Origin: Ostreococcus lucimarinus
Lineage: Eukaryota
Direction: 5' to 3' (one strand)
Length of the DNA: 64,000 nt
Assembly (NCBI GenBank): GCA_000092065.1
Contig: CP000588.1
Shown here: positions 10,953-19,685 of the stretch, in pieces
How the letters are laid out: the number at the start of each line of letters is the position of its first letter
Position numbering within the stretch: the first letter of the stretch is position 1
Translations under genes and position numbers: made by a program
Notes under the pieces: generated by a model
The model's database searches: none
What the model was told of the DNA's origin: nothing
The model's input: only the letters and a program-made list of their open reading frames with translations

Positions 10953-11867
10953 TTAATCGTCGTCTTCGTATTCGTACGCCGCTTCGGTCCACGCCGACGG
11001 GACGGATTCGATGTCGACGGCGCCGACGGCGTCGACTGGGTCGTCGGAAGACTGAATCGAGGTCTTCTCTTCGGCGGTGAGCGGCGGTTGGCCGTATCGC
11101 TTGCGAAGCGCGTCCGTGGCCGAGATCAATGCTGATACCTGTTCGCCGTCGAACTCGTCGTCGCCGTCGAACGGGAGCAAGACGTGATCGATCGAGTGCA
11201 AAATGGCCCCGCACGCGCGAATATCCGCTTCGACGATTCGCGCGTCGGACCCGAGTCCTGAGATTACCACACCGTTCGCCTTCTGTTCGACCACGTACAG
11301 CGGCATGACGTTGTTGAGATAATCTTCGAGAAAGCGATCGTCGCCACGAAGTTGTTCGAGCTGTGACATCGTGTACGTGGCGTTTGGCACGGCGTGGTAC
11401 GCCAAAAGGTAGGCTCTCATCAATCGCGTGGAGCCAAACGCGTCCACGAGATCGCGCCGCGCAGCTTCCCAATCTTCCCAAGCTCGCAGCTTCTCGATCG
11501 CATCGTTCGTCGGACAGAACAAGGTGAAAACTCTCGTGGGGTCTTGCAGCTTGTCCTTGATTCTCGGCAGCGTGTCTATGACTTGTTTCAATTCCGACAG
11601 TTCAGGTCGACGCGCGATTTGATCGTACGCGACGACGCAGTGACCATCTTCACGCAACACGGGCGCAACCTCTGTCGCGTCGTTACTGTCGTAACTTTCG
11701 AGTAACTTTCGACCGATACCAACGCGATCGGCGGCGCGAGGTCCGATCCCACGTCCAGAGATTCGGCGTCCACCGACGGCGCGTCCTCGGTACCGCGCGT
11801 CGACGCGCAGCGCCAGGAGAGAAAACAAAGCGACGAGGAAGCCGCGCAGATGAGACGCGCGCGTCAT
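10953..11867 (-). CDS. secreted fasciclin (FAS1)-domain protein
   Basis: Signal-peptide-like N-terminus MTRASHLRGFLVALFSLLALRVDA from ATG 11867. FAS1 hallmarks TLFCPTNDAIEKL and NGVVISGLGSDARIVEADIRACGAILHSIDHVLLP; acidic C-terminal tail. Confidence 0.6.
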   Translation of the reverse strand: MTRASHLRGFLVALFSLLALRVDARYRGRAVGGRRISGRGIGPRAADRVGIGRKLLESYDSNDATEVAPVLREDGHCVVAYDQIARRPELSELKQVIDTLPRIKDKLQDPTRVFTLFCPTNDAIEKLRAWEDWEAARRDLVDAFGSTRLMRAYLLAYHAVPNATYTMSQLEQLRGDDRFLEDYLNNVMPLYVVEQKANGVVISGLGSDARIVEADIRACGAILHSIDHVLLPFDGDDEFDGEQVSALISATDALRKRYGQPPLTAEEKTSIQSSDDPVDAVGAVDIESVPSAWTEAAYEYEDDD

Positions 11868-11904
11868 GAGTGCGTGAGAGTGCGTGAGAGTGCGTGAGAG
11901 TGCG
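11868..11904. repeat. 10-bp tandem repeat (gagtgcgtga) x3.7 immediately upstream of the fasciclin gene ATG
   Basis: Direct reading of 11868-11904: gagtgcgtga gagtgcgtga gagtgcgtga gagtgcg. Confidence 0.8.
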
Positions 11905-12148
11905 AAAACGTCACTTTCGTGTGGTTCGATCGTTGTCACGAACGTCGTCGCGCGCGCGAGTGTGGTCCCCAGCGAGTTCCTCGTTCTCGTTCTCGTTCTC
12001 GGTCTCTGTCTCGGCGCGATGATGGTTGGTTGGCAGCGCAAAAGAATTTATTGAACAAAAGTGATCCTAAGAATCGCTTGATGACGTGTTGCGAAGAAGG
12101 AGAAGTCGTTAAATACTTGTATACAGCAGCAGCAGCGGCAGCTCATGA

Positions 12149-13225
12149 TCACGAGAACGAAGTGAACAACGTTCCGTCATCCGGACCGCCAAACTCGCTC
12201 GAATTCATCAACACGTAGTCGAGAGCATCCATATCGTCGCCGTTACCGGTGCTCATCGATCGATCAGACAACGTACTTGGGTACGTGCCTTCGTCGTAGT
12301 TTACCTGCGTCGCCGCTCGCAACGCGTTCGAGTCCACCACACACTCGAGCTGATTGAGATTTTTTGTGAAACTGTCCGTGTAGTTGAGTCGCAATCCAAG
12401 CGGGAGTTCCCGCATGTCAGGCATGCTCAACGCGCGATTCATAGTATTGCCGTGGAAGAACTGTAACTCGTCTGGTGACGTGCCCAGCATTTGGTCGAAA
12501 GCGCGTTGGTACGCGACCGCGGTCGCTCCCGTCTGCTTCTTCGCGGCCGCGGCGGGCGCGCGCTTGAGCTTTGCGCTCTTCGTTTTCAACTTTGACGCCG
12601 CGTTCATCGACGTTTCGCGCACCTTACGCGTCTCTGTCTCGGCTAGTAGCATCGCTTGACGTGCGTTCATCGCATCCAGACTCATCGGTGGCGTCGGCGA
12701 ACGCAACTGCGCCTCACCGTACGCCACGGCGTCGAGCACGTTCATGCCGCGGCAAAACGGCTTCGTAAAGTTGTGCACATTCGTCGCGCTCGACGATCGC
12801 TTCAGCGTCTCTAAAACCTCGGGGTCGTCCTTCTCCTTGATCATCTTCCGAACCGTATGCTGCCACAAATTGGCCGTATTCTGCTTCACGAGCGGATATC
12901 GAATCACGTCCACCACCCCCATCGAAATCGCCTGGACGATAAACTCCCGCTCCGCCGCGTCGCTATCATCCGTCTGCAACACAACGATCGCCACCTTCTT
13001 CGCCACGATCGGAAACATCCGCGCGCACCTCGAGTGCGGATTTTCCAGGCACGATCGCAGCATCTTCGCCTCCACCAGCATCACGTCTCGTCTCGGCGCC
13101 GGCTCTCGCGTCAGCGACTGCGCCGCCTCCTCCATCCCTCGCATCGTCGTCACCCTATACGACGCCCCCTCGAGCATCTTCACCGCCGCTTCCAGATGCG
13201 CGCCCGCTTCGCTCACCACCACCAC
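12149..13225 (-). CDS. pseudo-receiver (REC-like) domain protein; 5-prime exon probably missing
   Basis: N-terminal fold matches response-regulator receivers (VVVVSEAG..YRVTTMRGMEEA..DVMLVEAKM..VAIVVLQTDD..VIRYPL). The acidic pair is SE and the phospho-acceptor Asp is replaced by Glu (LVEAKM), as in clock pseudo-response regulators. There is no CCT motif. The ORF starts with GTG and has no in-frame ATG before the domain, so an upstream exon is likely. Confidence 0.45.
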   Translation of the reverse strand: MVVVSEAGAHLEAAVKMLEGASYRVTTMRGMEEAAQSLTREPAPRRDVMLVEAKMLRSCLENPHSRCARMFPIVAKKVAIVVLQTDDSDAAEREFIVQAISMGVVDVIRYPLVKQNTANLWQHTVRKMIKEKDDPEVLETLKRSSSATNVHNFTKPFCRGMNVLDAVAYGEAQLRSPTPPMSLDAMNARQAMLLAETETRKVRETSMNAASKLKTKSAKLKRAPAAAAKKQTGATAVAYQRAFDQMLGTSPDELQFFHGNTMNRALSMPDMRELPLGLRLNYTDSFTKNLNQLECVVDSNALRAATQVNYDEGTYPSTLSDRSMSTGNGDDMDALDYVLMNSSEFGGPDDGTLFTSFS

Positions 13226-13717
13226 CTGTTCGTTCGTTCGCGCGTCGTTCGCGCGTCGTCAGTCATCGCGGCTCGCGTTCGAATCGTTTCGATTCGATTA
13301 ATCTTTCGGATAGCGTCCGCGTCGTCGCGCGTCTCGCCTCGCGCGCGCGCGGCGTCGCACCTCGAGCCCGCTCGGGAACCCCGGGCGCGTGTGTCGAAGG
13401 TAATCCATCGCCGACGCCGAGTTTCCCCGGTTTCGAGCGCTCGCGGACGGCATCGCGCGCGTCGCGTCGCGCCGCGTCGCGCTCTCGCGCGCGTCGCGCC
13501 GCGCGCGCGCGCCGTCGCGGTTTTTTATCGTCTCCATCGCCGCATTCAGGGCGCTCGGTGCCCCATCGAGGACGATGCAAACATCGGACATACGGGTATG
13601 CGTTATGTGTGAGACGGAATCTTCGATCGAGACGTGCCGACAGACGTGCCGACAGACGGTTGCGGCGTTCGGCGACGCGTTCGGCGTCGACGCGACGCGG
13701 TCGACGCGGCGTCGCGC

Positions 13718-14917
13718 ATGGACCGCCGACGGGAGCGTCGATCGATCGACCGCGCGTCGTCGCGCGATCGCGAGGCGCTCGAACTGAAGCGCAAGCTCGA
13801 GGCGTCGGCGGCGAATTTGGCGCGACTCGTCCGACGCAAGGAGGCGCTCGCGCGCGCGGTCGCGACGCCGTCGACGCCGGACGCGGGCGGGGTCTCGAGC
13901 GCGTCGATGACGAATGACGAGACGCGCGAGGTGACGCCGGACGACGAGGACGTGGACGCGGTCGAGCGAGGGGAGGGATTTCTGTCCAAGACGATGCAAA
14001 AGTTTTTGCAGAGGCAGTGCGTGCCGGCGGCGAAGAAGATGGCGATTTCGCCGGCGAAGGCGGCGAAGGCGGCGAAGGCGGCGAAGGCGAAGGCTGGACG
14101 AGGACGATTGCCCGTCCGGGAGTACGCGCCGAAAGTGGCGACGATGGCGAAGAGACTCGGGGATGAGGTCGGGAAGAAGTCGGCGGCGAGGGAGAAGAAG
14201 CGCAAGCTGAACGACGAGCAACTCGCGGAGTGCTACACCGTCATGCACGCGGCGGTCGATGCGGGTGATCTCGAGCGATGCGAAGAGTTGCGCAAATACT
14301 TCGTGAGACACGAGGGAAAGTTCTCCAACCCGTACAAATGGGATCACGAGCTCGTCGCGTGCTGCTCGCGAGACGGACGCCGACCGATCGCAACGCTCGC
14401 GTGGGCCTTCAGCAAAGGCGCGCGACGCGACGCCAAAGCCGCATTTTTCGCGTGCGAACGCGTCGATCACGAGTTACGTCGAGATGAAGACGGCAACTAC
14501 ACCGATTCTTTGACCGTTTTACAGTTCTTACACGAGCACGGCGTGCGCATCGATTACGACACCATGTACTGCGCGTGCGAGTTCGGCAATCTCGCCTGCC
14601 TCGAGTGGATGCACCAAAACATTCGCGGGCTCAGATTCGCCGATTGGCCCACGTCCAAAAATCCTCAAGGTCAAGACAACGATTTGATGCTCATCGCCGC
14701 CAAAAACGGCCACTTACCCGTGCTCCAGTACCTCTACGACAACGACTGCGATTTCACCGACGCCGACGCGCGAGACGCGATCGAACAAGTCATGAACCGC
14801 GAACCGTCCTCGCCTTTGGGCTGGCACGCCGTCGTGCGATGGATACAGAACACCGACGAATACAAAGCGTACCGCTCGGTCGACGAAGACGACCCGCTCG
14901 CCGCGCGCGCGAACTAG
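13718..14917 (+). CDS. ankyrin-repeat-like protein with N-terminal coiled coil and (AAK)n tract
   Basis: The track ORF 13634 starts at GTG; first in-frame ATG at 13718 (MDRRRERR..). C-terminal half has ankyrin-like hairpins (LMLIAAKNGHLPVLQYLYDN; LQFLHEHGVRIDYDTMYCACEFGNLACLEWM). Confidence 0.45.
   Translation: MDRRRERRSIDRASSRDREALELKRKLEASAANLARLVRRKEALARAVATPSTPDAGGVSSASMTNDETREVTPDDEDVDAVERGEGFLSKTMQKFLQRQCVPAAKKMAISPAKAAKAAKAAKAKAGRGRLPVREYAPKVATMAKRLGDEVGKKSAAREKKRKLNDEQLAECYTVMHAAVDAGDLERCEELRKYFVRHEGKFSNPYKWDHELVACCSRDGRRPIATLAWAFSKGARRDAKAAFFACERVDHELRRDEDGNYTDSLTVLQFLHEHGVRIDYDTMYCACEFGNLACLEWMHQNIRGLRFADWPTSKNPQGQDNDLMLIAAKNGHLPVLQYLYDNDCDFTDADARDAIEQVMNREPSSPLGWHAVVRWIQNTDEYKAYRSVDEDDPLAARAN
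14051..14095 (+). repeat. 12-bp coding tandem repeat (gcggcgaaggcg)n encoding (AAK)n
   Basis: ggcgaaggcggcgaaggcggcgaaggcggcgaaggcgaaggc read directly; lies inside the ankyrin-like CDS. Confidence 0.7.
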
Positions 14918-15077
14918 CCGATTAGCCAAACTTCAACGCTCGACGCCTTCGTCGGTTCGCCGCCATATCCACCGTCGCCGCGAAAGATATCTTTGTCGCT
15001 CCCATCGCCTCGTCGTCACTCGTCGGCGCGCTCTCGCGCCCGCCCGCTCGCCGGCGCGCGCGCGACGGACGACGACG

Positions 15078-15953
15078 ATGCGCGCGACGGCGTCGACGAC
15101 GACGCGCGCGCACGGCGCGAGTCATCGTCCGCGTCGTCGCCGCGCGCTCGAGCGCGCGGCGACGACGCGAACGCTCCGAGCGCTCCGCGAGCCCGACGTG
15201 AACGACGCGGTGGACGAGATCGCGAGCGACGACGCGAACGACGACGCGAACGAGCGATTGGACGCGTTTCTGCGACGAAAGGGGCGACACGCGTCGTTCA
15301 GCGCGACGAAGATTGCGTCGCGGCGCGTGCATCAGGCGCCCGAGGCGCGAGCGGTTCGAGCGTACATGTCGCTGCCGGCGTCGCAGTACAGCACGCTGGA
15401 CGGAGAGTCGGTCGAACGCGTGAGCGATGATACGTTCAAGGTGGAACTGAGCGAGTTGGCGTTTTTGGGGTTGTCGTTACGGCCGAGATTGAAGGCGAAG
15501 GTGCGAGTGCGAGACGACGGGAGCGGGTGCGAGGTGCGCGTGGAGGATATGGAGTTGACGGGGAGCGGAGTAGTGGAATACGCGAGCGATGCGTTTGAGA
15601 TTGTGAGTGTGAACAACGTCACGTGGTGCGACGTCGAAAGCGAGGCGTTGAGCGCGGAGGAACGCGCGGTGGTGGAGTCGCGGGGCGGGGAGTATAAGGA
15701 GTTGACGAGCGAGACGAGCGTGCGGGTGTACATCATCGTACCGGGGTGGTTTCCGTTCACGATCAAGTCCACCGAGCGCACGGGGCGGTTCGTGGTGAAC
15801 CAGGTCGTCGCGCAGGTGGTGCCGAGATTTTTAAATCAGCTCGCGGAGGATTACGGGACGTGGTCGCGCGGCGACGATTCGCGAACGGCGAGCGCGAAAG
15901 GGATGTTTGATTGCGACGTCGACGACTCCGCGCAGGAGTGCGAGGCGGTGTAA
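15078..15953 (+). CDS. hypothetical protein with organelle-type presequence (conserved-looking C-terminal domain, family not recognised)
   Basis: ATG verified at 15078; Thr/Arg/Ala-rich N-terminus then a non-repetitive domain (..VRVYIIVPGWFPFTIKSTERTGRFVVNQVVAQVVPRFLNQLAEDYGTW..). Stop at 15953 followed by TGTAA at 15971. Confidence 0.45.
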   Translation: MRATASTTTRAHGASHRPRRRRALERAATTRTLRALREPDVNDAVDEIASDDANDDANERLDAFLRRKGRHASFSATKIASRRVHQAPEARAVRAYMSLPASQYSTLDGESVERVSDDTFKVELSELAFLGLSLRPRLKAKVRVRDDGSGCEVRVEDMELTGSGVVEYASDAFEIVSVNNVTWCDVESEALSAEERAVVESRGGEYKELTSETSVRVYIIVPGWFPFTIKSTERTGRFVVNQVVAQVVPRFLNQLAEDYGTWSRGDDSRTASAKGMFDCDVDDSAQECEAV

Positions 15954-15970
15954 GTAAAGGTTGGTGATGA

Positions 15971-15975
15971 TGTAA
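15971..15975 (+). promoter_or_regulatory. TGTAA poly(A)-signal-like motif 18 nt after the stop of the 15078..15953 gene
   Basis: gatgTGTAAtacg read directly; TGTAA is the usual chlorophyte poly(A) signal. Confidence 0.4.
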
Positions 15976-16006
15976 TACGACTAATATCGAGTGCGCGCGA
16001 TTGTGT

Positions 16007-16546
16007 CTAAACTTCCTCTTTTCTCATCGCCGCGTGGACGAGGATGTAGGATTCGGCAAGTCGCGTGAAGACTAGCGAGGCGACGTACGTGATGTACCCG
16101 AAGACTGCGATAACGGCGGTCGTTGCCCATCTCAAATGCGAGCACTCGAGCTCACCGAGCGCTTCAGTCGGCATCTTACACGCATCATATGTGGAGTACA
16201 TGATCGCAAAGCCCTTTGAGATTGTGAGCGACATGAACATCGCCATAGCGTTCCGCATATGAGAGGCGTAACCGAGCGAGCGGCCGCGCGGTAAGAAGCT
16301 CGCTTGCCTGCAGATGATGGTGGTTAAAATTGCTAAACCTGCACTTCCTACGAATTCGGCGTTGCCCTCGACGCACATGACGACTATGAAGTATATCGCC
16401 GCCGCCAACGGACCGAACGAGAGGCTGTACAAGCGCTTGAGCGCCAGCGCGCACTCAGGCGGGACCTGATTCTCCGCCAAGCAAAGAGCGAATCGATCAT
16501 CCTCCGGCCTGAAGTATGACTCGAACGCATCGAGAAAGTTTGTCAT
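16007..16546 (-). CDS. small multi-pass membrane protein, hypothetical
   Basis: ATG verified at 16546; 179 aa with four hydrophobic helices (PLAAAIYFIVVMCV, AGLAILTTIIC, AMAMFMSLTISKGFAIM, TTAVIAVFGYITYVASLVF). GC is somewhat lower than in neighbouring genes. Confidence 0.35.
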   Translation of the reverse strand: MTNFLDAFESYFRPEDDRFALCLAENQVPPECALALKRLYSLSFGPLAAAIYFIVVMCVEGNAEFVGSAGLAILTTIICRQASFLPRGRSLGYASHMRNAMAMFMSLTISKGFAIMYSTYDACKMPTEALGELECSHLRWATTAVIAVFGYITYVASLVFTRLAESYILVHAAMRKEEV

Positions 16547-16705
16547 CGCTGAACAACCGCGTGCGTCGACGAGTGAGCGTTTTTATTTTTGTTCGCCGTC
16601 GCATCGATATTGTCAAGCCATAGCCCGCGAAGTCTCGTCGTTGGATGGTGCACCATCTAAAATCTCATCTTTCATCATCGTATCGTGGCGTTCGTATCGG
16701 GTTGA

Positions 16706-17698
16706 CTAAACAAAGTATCCGTAAGTTCCTGCGTCGTGCCAGCACCGCGCGAGATCGATTTCGACGGATCGAGCGGCGCGTTCGGCCCGATCGTTTCTCG
16801 CCATCAACGCGGAGAAGCATTTACGCGCGACGATAAACGCGATTCCGGACGCGGTGACGACGACGATGACGTCTGTGAGCGATGATGCTTCTTTTTGTAG
16901 ATCGAATTTGCGCCGCGCCATCCGTCTCGTGCAGCGCACAAAGCGATCCCACAAATCTCGACTCAACGGTGCGATGGCTTCGGCGCCTTCTCGCGCGACT
17001 CGATAGATTCGCTTCTCGAGCTCACGGTACGCTTCGATCGCTTTCAAACGCAATCGATCGAATGCGTTATCTCGTATGTCGACATCTGATTTCGAGATCA
17101 CCTCGACCGCGTCGTCGTCCTCCGCGTCGTCGTCCTCCGCGTCGCTCTCCTCGCCGAATTCCGTTTGGGACGACGAATCCTCGGATTCGTCGTCGTCGTC
17201 GTCGTCGTCGTCGTTCGCCGACACCGCCTCGTCCTCCCGCACCGCCGCGCGCCGCGCTAGCCGTGCCCGATCAAGCTCCATTCTGACTTGAAACTGCGCG
17301 TAATATTCCGCGACCAGGGCAGCGTCCTCCCCCGGGAGCGGCGGAATCGTTCTCGCCGTCTCGGCGTCCGCCGTCTCGGCCATCGCATCCATCGCATCCA
17401 TCTCCCTCTTCCCGCGCGCGTCCGCGCCCTCGTCCTCATCCATCGTCTCGACGTTGACATCGCCGTCGCCGTCGCCGTCGCCGTCTTCCGCCTCGTCGTC
17501 CGCGACCTCGCTCGAGACCTCTCCGTCGTCGTCGTCGCGCCGCGCCGGCGCGCGCACCACGACCCAATCATCATCGTCGTCGTCCTCGCCCTCGACGCCC
17601 GCGTCGCGCGTTCGCGCGGCGCCCGAGAGAGACACCTCCGTCGCGACGGCGCGCGCGTCGAGACGCGTCCATCGCGCGCCCGCGCCGCGCGTTTCCAT
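16706..17698 (-). CDS. acidic coiled-coil protein with C-terminal transmembrane anchor (tail-anchored type), hypothetical
   Basis: ATG verified at 17698; long poly-D/E tracts, a helical region (..LRLKAIEAYRELEKRIYRVAREGAEAIAPLSRDLWDRF..) and a C-terminal hydrophobic segment DVIVVVTASGIAFIVARK. Confidence 0.4.
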   Translation of the reverse strand: METRGAGARWTRLDARAVATEVSLSGAARTRDAGVEGEDDDDDDWVVVRAPARRDDDDGEVSSEVADDEAEDGDGDGDGDVNVETMDEDEGADARGKREMDAMDAMAETADAETARTIPPLPGEDAALVAEYYAQFQVRMELDRARLARRAAVREDEAVSANDDDDDDDDESEDSSSQTEFGEESDAEDDDAEDDDAVEVISKSDVDIRDNAFDRLRLKAIEAYRELEKRIYRVAREGAEAIAPLSRDLWDRFVRCTRRMARRKFDLQKEASSLTDVIVVVTASGIAFIVARKCFSALMARNDRAERAARSVEIDLARCWHDAGTYGYFV

Positions 17699-17775
17699 TC
17701 GTTTCCGCGCGCGTCGCAGTGGCGCGAGGGAAGCCGAATCGTCATTCCGCGCCGCGCGCGCCGACGATCGTCGCC

Positions 17776-18585
17776 ATGCCCGCGCGCGCGATCCTCCGCG
17801 TCGCGCGCGACGCGCTGCGAGCCTCGACGGCGCCGCGCGTCGACGCGCGCGTCGTCGCGCGCGCGACGTACGCCCGGGCGTCGCTCAAGGGCGTGACGCC
17901 GCCCGCGCAGACGGCGTCGATGCGCGGCGGCGGCGTGCGCGTCGCGCAGACGAGCTCGAACCTGATCGCCGAACCGTACGCCGGCCCGCCGCGACGACCG
18001 ACGCTCGCGGAGTGGGCGACGACGAGCAAGGGATGGCGGTACGCGTACGAGGCGGCGACGAGCCGAGCGAAGGACGCGTACGCGCTGTCGAAATGCGCGA
18101 AAGAAGTGCGTGGATTCACGCTCGAGGGATTCAAACAGGAGGCGAAACAAATGTATAAGATGATAAACGCGTCGAGCGCGAACGTGGGGCACGGGAAGAC
18201 GCTGGAACACGAGACGCGACACGCGACGACGGATAAGACGCAGAGCGATTTGAAAAGGGAACGGAAAAGCCGCGAGCGGGGGGGGTGGGCGCGAGTGGAT
18301 TGGAATTTGGAATCGATCGATGAGTGTCAGGTGGTGCGAGGACGGTTGATCATGGCGAACGCGAACGATAGTAATGGACCGGGGTTCGCGCAGTTGACGA
18401 CGCGGTTTCGAGGGAAGCAAAGATTCGCGGCGTACGACGCGCGGGGACGATTAGTGGCGGGTGATCCCGATGAGATTTTGGATGTGGAAGACTTCTGGGT
18501 GTTCGAACACGGGCTGAAAATTCCCAACGCGCGGTGGCGACTCGCTGGTCGGTTGCACATGCCGACGCCGCGTGCGCCGGTTTGA
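17776..18585 (+). CDS. Tim44-like domain protein (mitochondrial ribosomal protein mL45/Mba1-like candidate)
   Basis: The track ORF starts at GTG 17719; first ATG at 17776 (MPARAILRVARDALRAST.. mito-type presequence). C-terminal block ..RGRLVAGDPDEILDVEDFWVFEHGLKIPNARWRLAGRL resembles the Tim44-like fold of mL45. Confidence 0.45.
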   Translation: MPARAILRVARDALRASTAPRVDARVVARATYARASLKGVTPPAQTASMRGGGVRVAQTSSNLIAEPYAGPPRRPTLAEWATTSKGWRYAYEAATSRAKDAYALSKCAKEVRGFTLEGFKQEAKQMYKMINASSANVGHGKTLEHETRHATTDKTQSDLKRERKSRERGGWARVDWNLESIDECQVVRGRLIMANANDSNGPGFAQLTTRFRGKQRFAAYDARGRLVAGDPDEILDVEDFWVFEHGLKIPNARWRLAGRLHMPTPRAPV

Positions 18586-18624
18586 CTTTTGACTTTGACT
18601 TTGTGATGCGACTACACGCGTTGA

Positions 18625-19560
18625 CTACTCTAGATTTAATCGATAGCGAGATAATAAGTGCGGGATGCTCGCGATTTCCGCGCCGTACTTTCCCGGGTTC
18701 CCGTACAGCTCGAACAACGGCACCGCGAGGAGCTTTAAGTTCTTCGGCACGGCGAAGTAGCACTTCTCCGGCAAGTGCGCGACGAACATTCTGTACTCCT
18801 CCTTCGGTTTCGTGATGTGCGCGGGCAAGTACGGATACATTTGCGGTTCATACGACGTGCGATACCACGTCGCGACCTGATCACCGATATCGAACTCGTA
18901 CTGCTCCAACCCGTCGTCGCGTTCGGGTTGCAGCTTGTTTCGCATCTTTCGCGCCAGCCCCTCGACGTCGCCCTCGCCCGCGCGCAACCGTCCCCCCGGC
19001 AGCTTAAAACTCGTCGGCGTGATCTGCAACAGCAACACGTGCGGCGTCCTGTGTTGGCTCACCATGCATATCGCCCCCACACTCCGCCGTTTCCCTTCCT
19101 TTTCGTATTGCGCGCGCATTCGCAACAGTCGCTCCGCCGCCGTCGCGTCCTTCTCTCCTCGCGCCCGTTTCGTCCCAAACGTATAATTCGACAGCGAGTA
19201 CACGTCCACCACCCCTCTCGACCCGACGCCGAGCGCATCCATCGCCTCGCCCTCGTCTTCCTCCCCGTCCGCCGCTTCCTCGTCCTTCGTCGCCGCCGCC
19301 GCCGCCGCCGCCTCGGCGCGCGCCTCCGCCGCCTCCTTCTCCTTCTCCTCCCGCTCCGCCTCCGCGCGCTCGTGCTCGGCGACGACGTCGATGTCCTCGC
19401 GAAGTTCGATCTCGATGTCGTCCGAGTCGCTCTCGTCGTCGCGCGACGCGTCGTCGTCGTCGTCGCCCGCCGACGTCGCCGACGGTGGATCGCTCGCGGG
19501 CGCATCTTCGCTCACCGGCGCCGTCGCCGGCGCCTTTCGCGCGCGTCGCGTCGCCGGCAT
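18625..19560 (-). CDS. cleavage and polyadenylation factor CFIm25 (CPSF5/NUDT21) homolog
   Basis: Strong match to CFIm25 blocks: YTFGTKRARGEKDATAAERLLRMRAQYEKEGKRRSVGAICMVSQHRTPHVLLLQI..FKLPGG..YPYLPAHITKPKEEYRMFVAHLPEKCYFAVPKNLKLLAVPLFELYGN. The track ORF 19674 starts at GTG; in-frame ATG at 19560 precedes an acidic low-complexity N-terminus. Confidence 0.8.
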   Translation of the reverse strand: MPATRRARKAPATAPVSEDAPASDPPSATSAGDDDDDASRDDESDSDDIEIELREDIDVVAEHERAEAEREEKEKEAAEARAEAAAAAAATKDEEAADGEEDEGEAMDALGVGSRGVVDVYSLSNYTFGTKRARGEKDATAAERLLRMRAQYEKEGKRRSVGAICMVSQHRTPHVLLLQITPTSFKLPGGRLRAGEGDVEGLARKMRNKLQPERDDGLEQYEFDIGDQVATWYRTSYEPQMYPYLPAHITKPKEEYRMFVAHLPEKCYFAVPKNLKLLAVPLFELYGNPGKYGAEIASIPHLLSRYRLNLE

Positions 19561-19685
19561 CGCGCGCGTTCGAACCGCCGTCGTTTCGCGCGCGCGCGCG
19601 GTCCCGCGCGCGCGCGCGGCGTCGACGTGTGACGATTTGAAGATTGAATCGTTCATTCGAATCGTAATCCGCACTCAGACGCGCG

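Noticed and set aside
13262-13290. gcgttcgaatcg resembling a tRNA T-loop (GGTTCGAATC)
   Set aside because: No acceptor, D or anticodon stem can be formed from the flanking sequence. No convincing tRNA was found in any intergenic spacer of the window.
13298-14470. 390-aa minus-strand ORF antisense to the ankyrin-like gene
   Set aside because: Arg/Leu-rich repetitive translation (LRRLRRLRRL..), no domain and no ATG context; antisense artefact.
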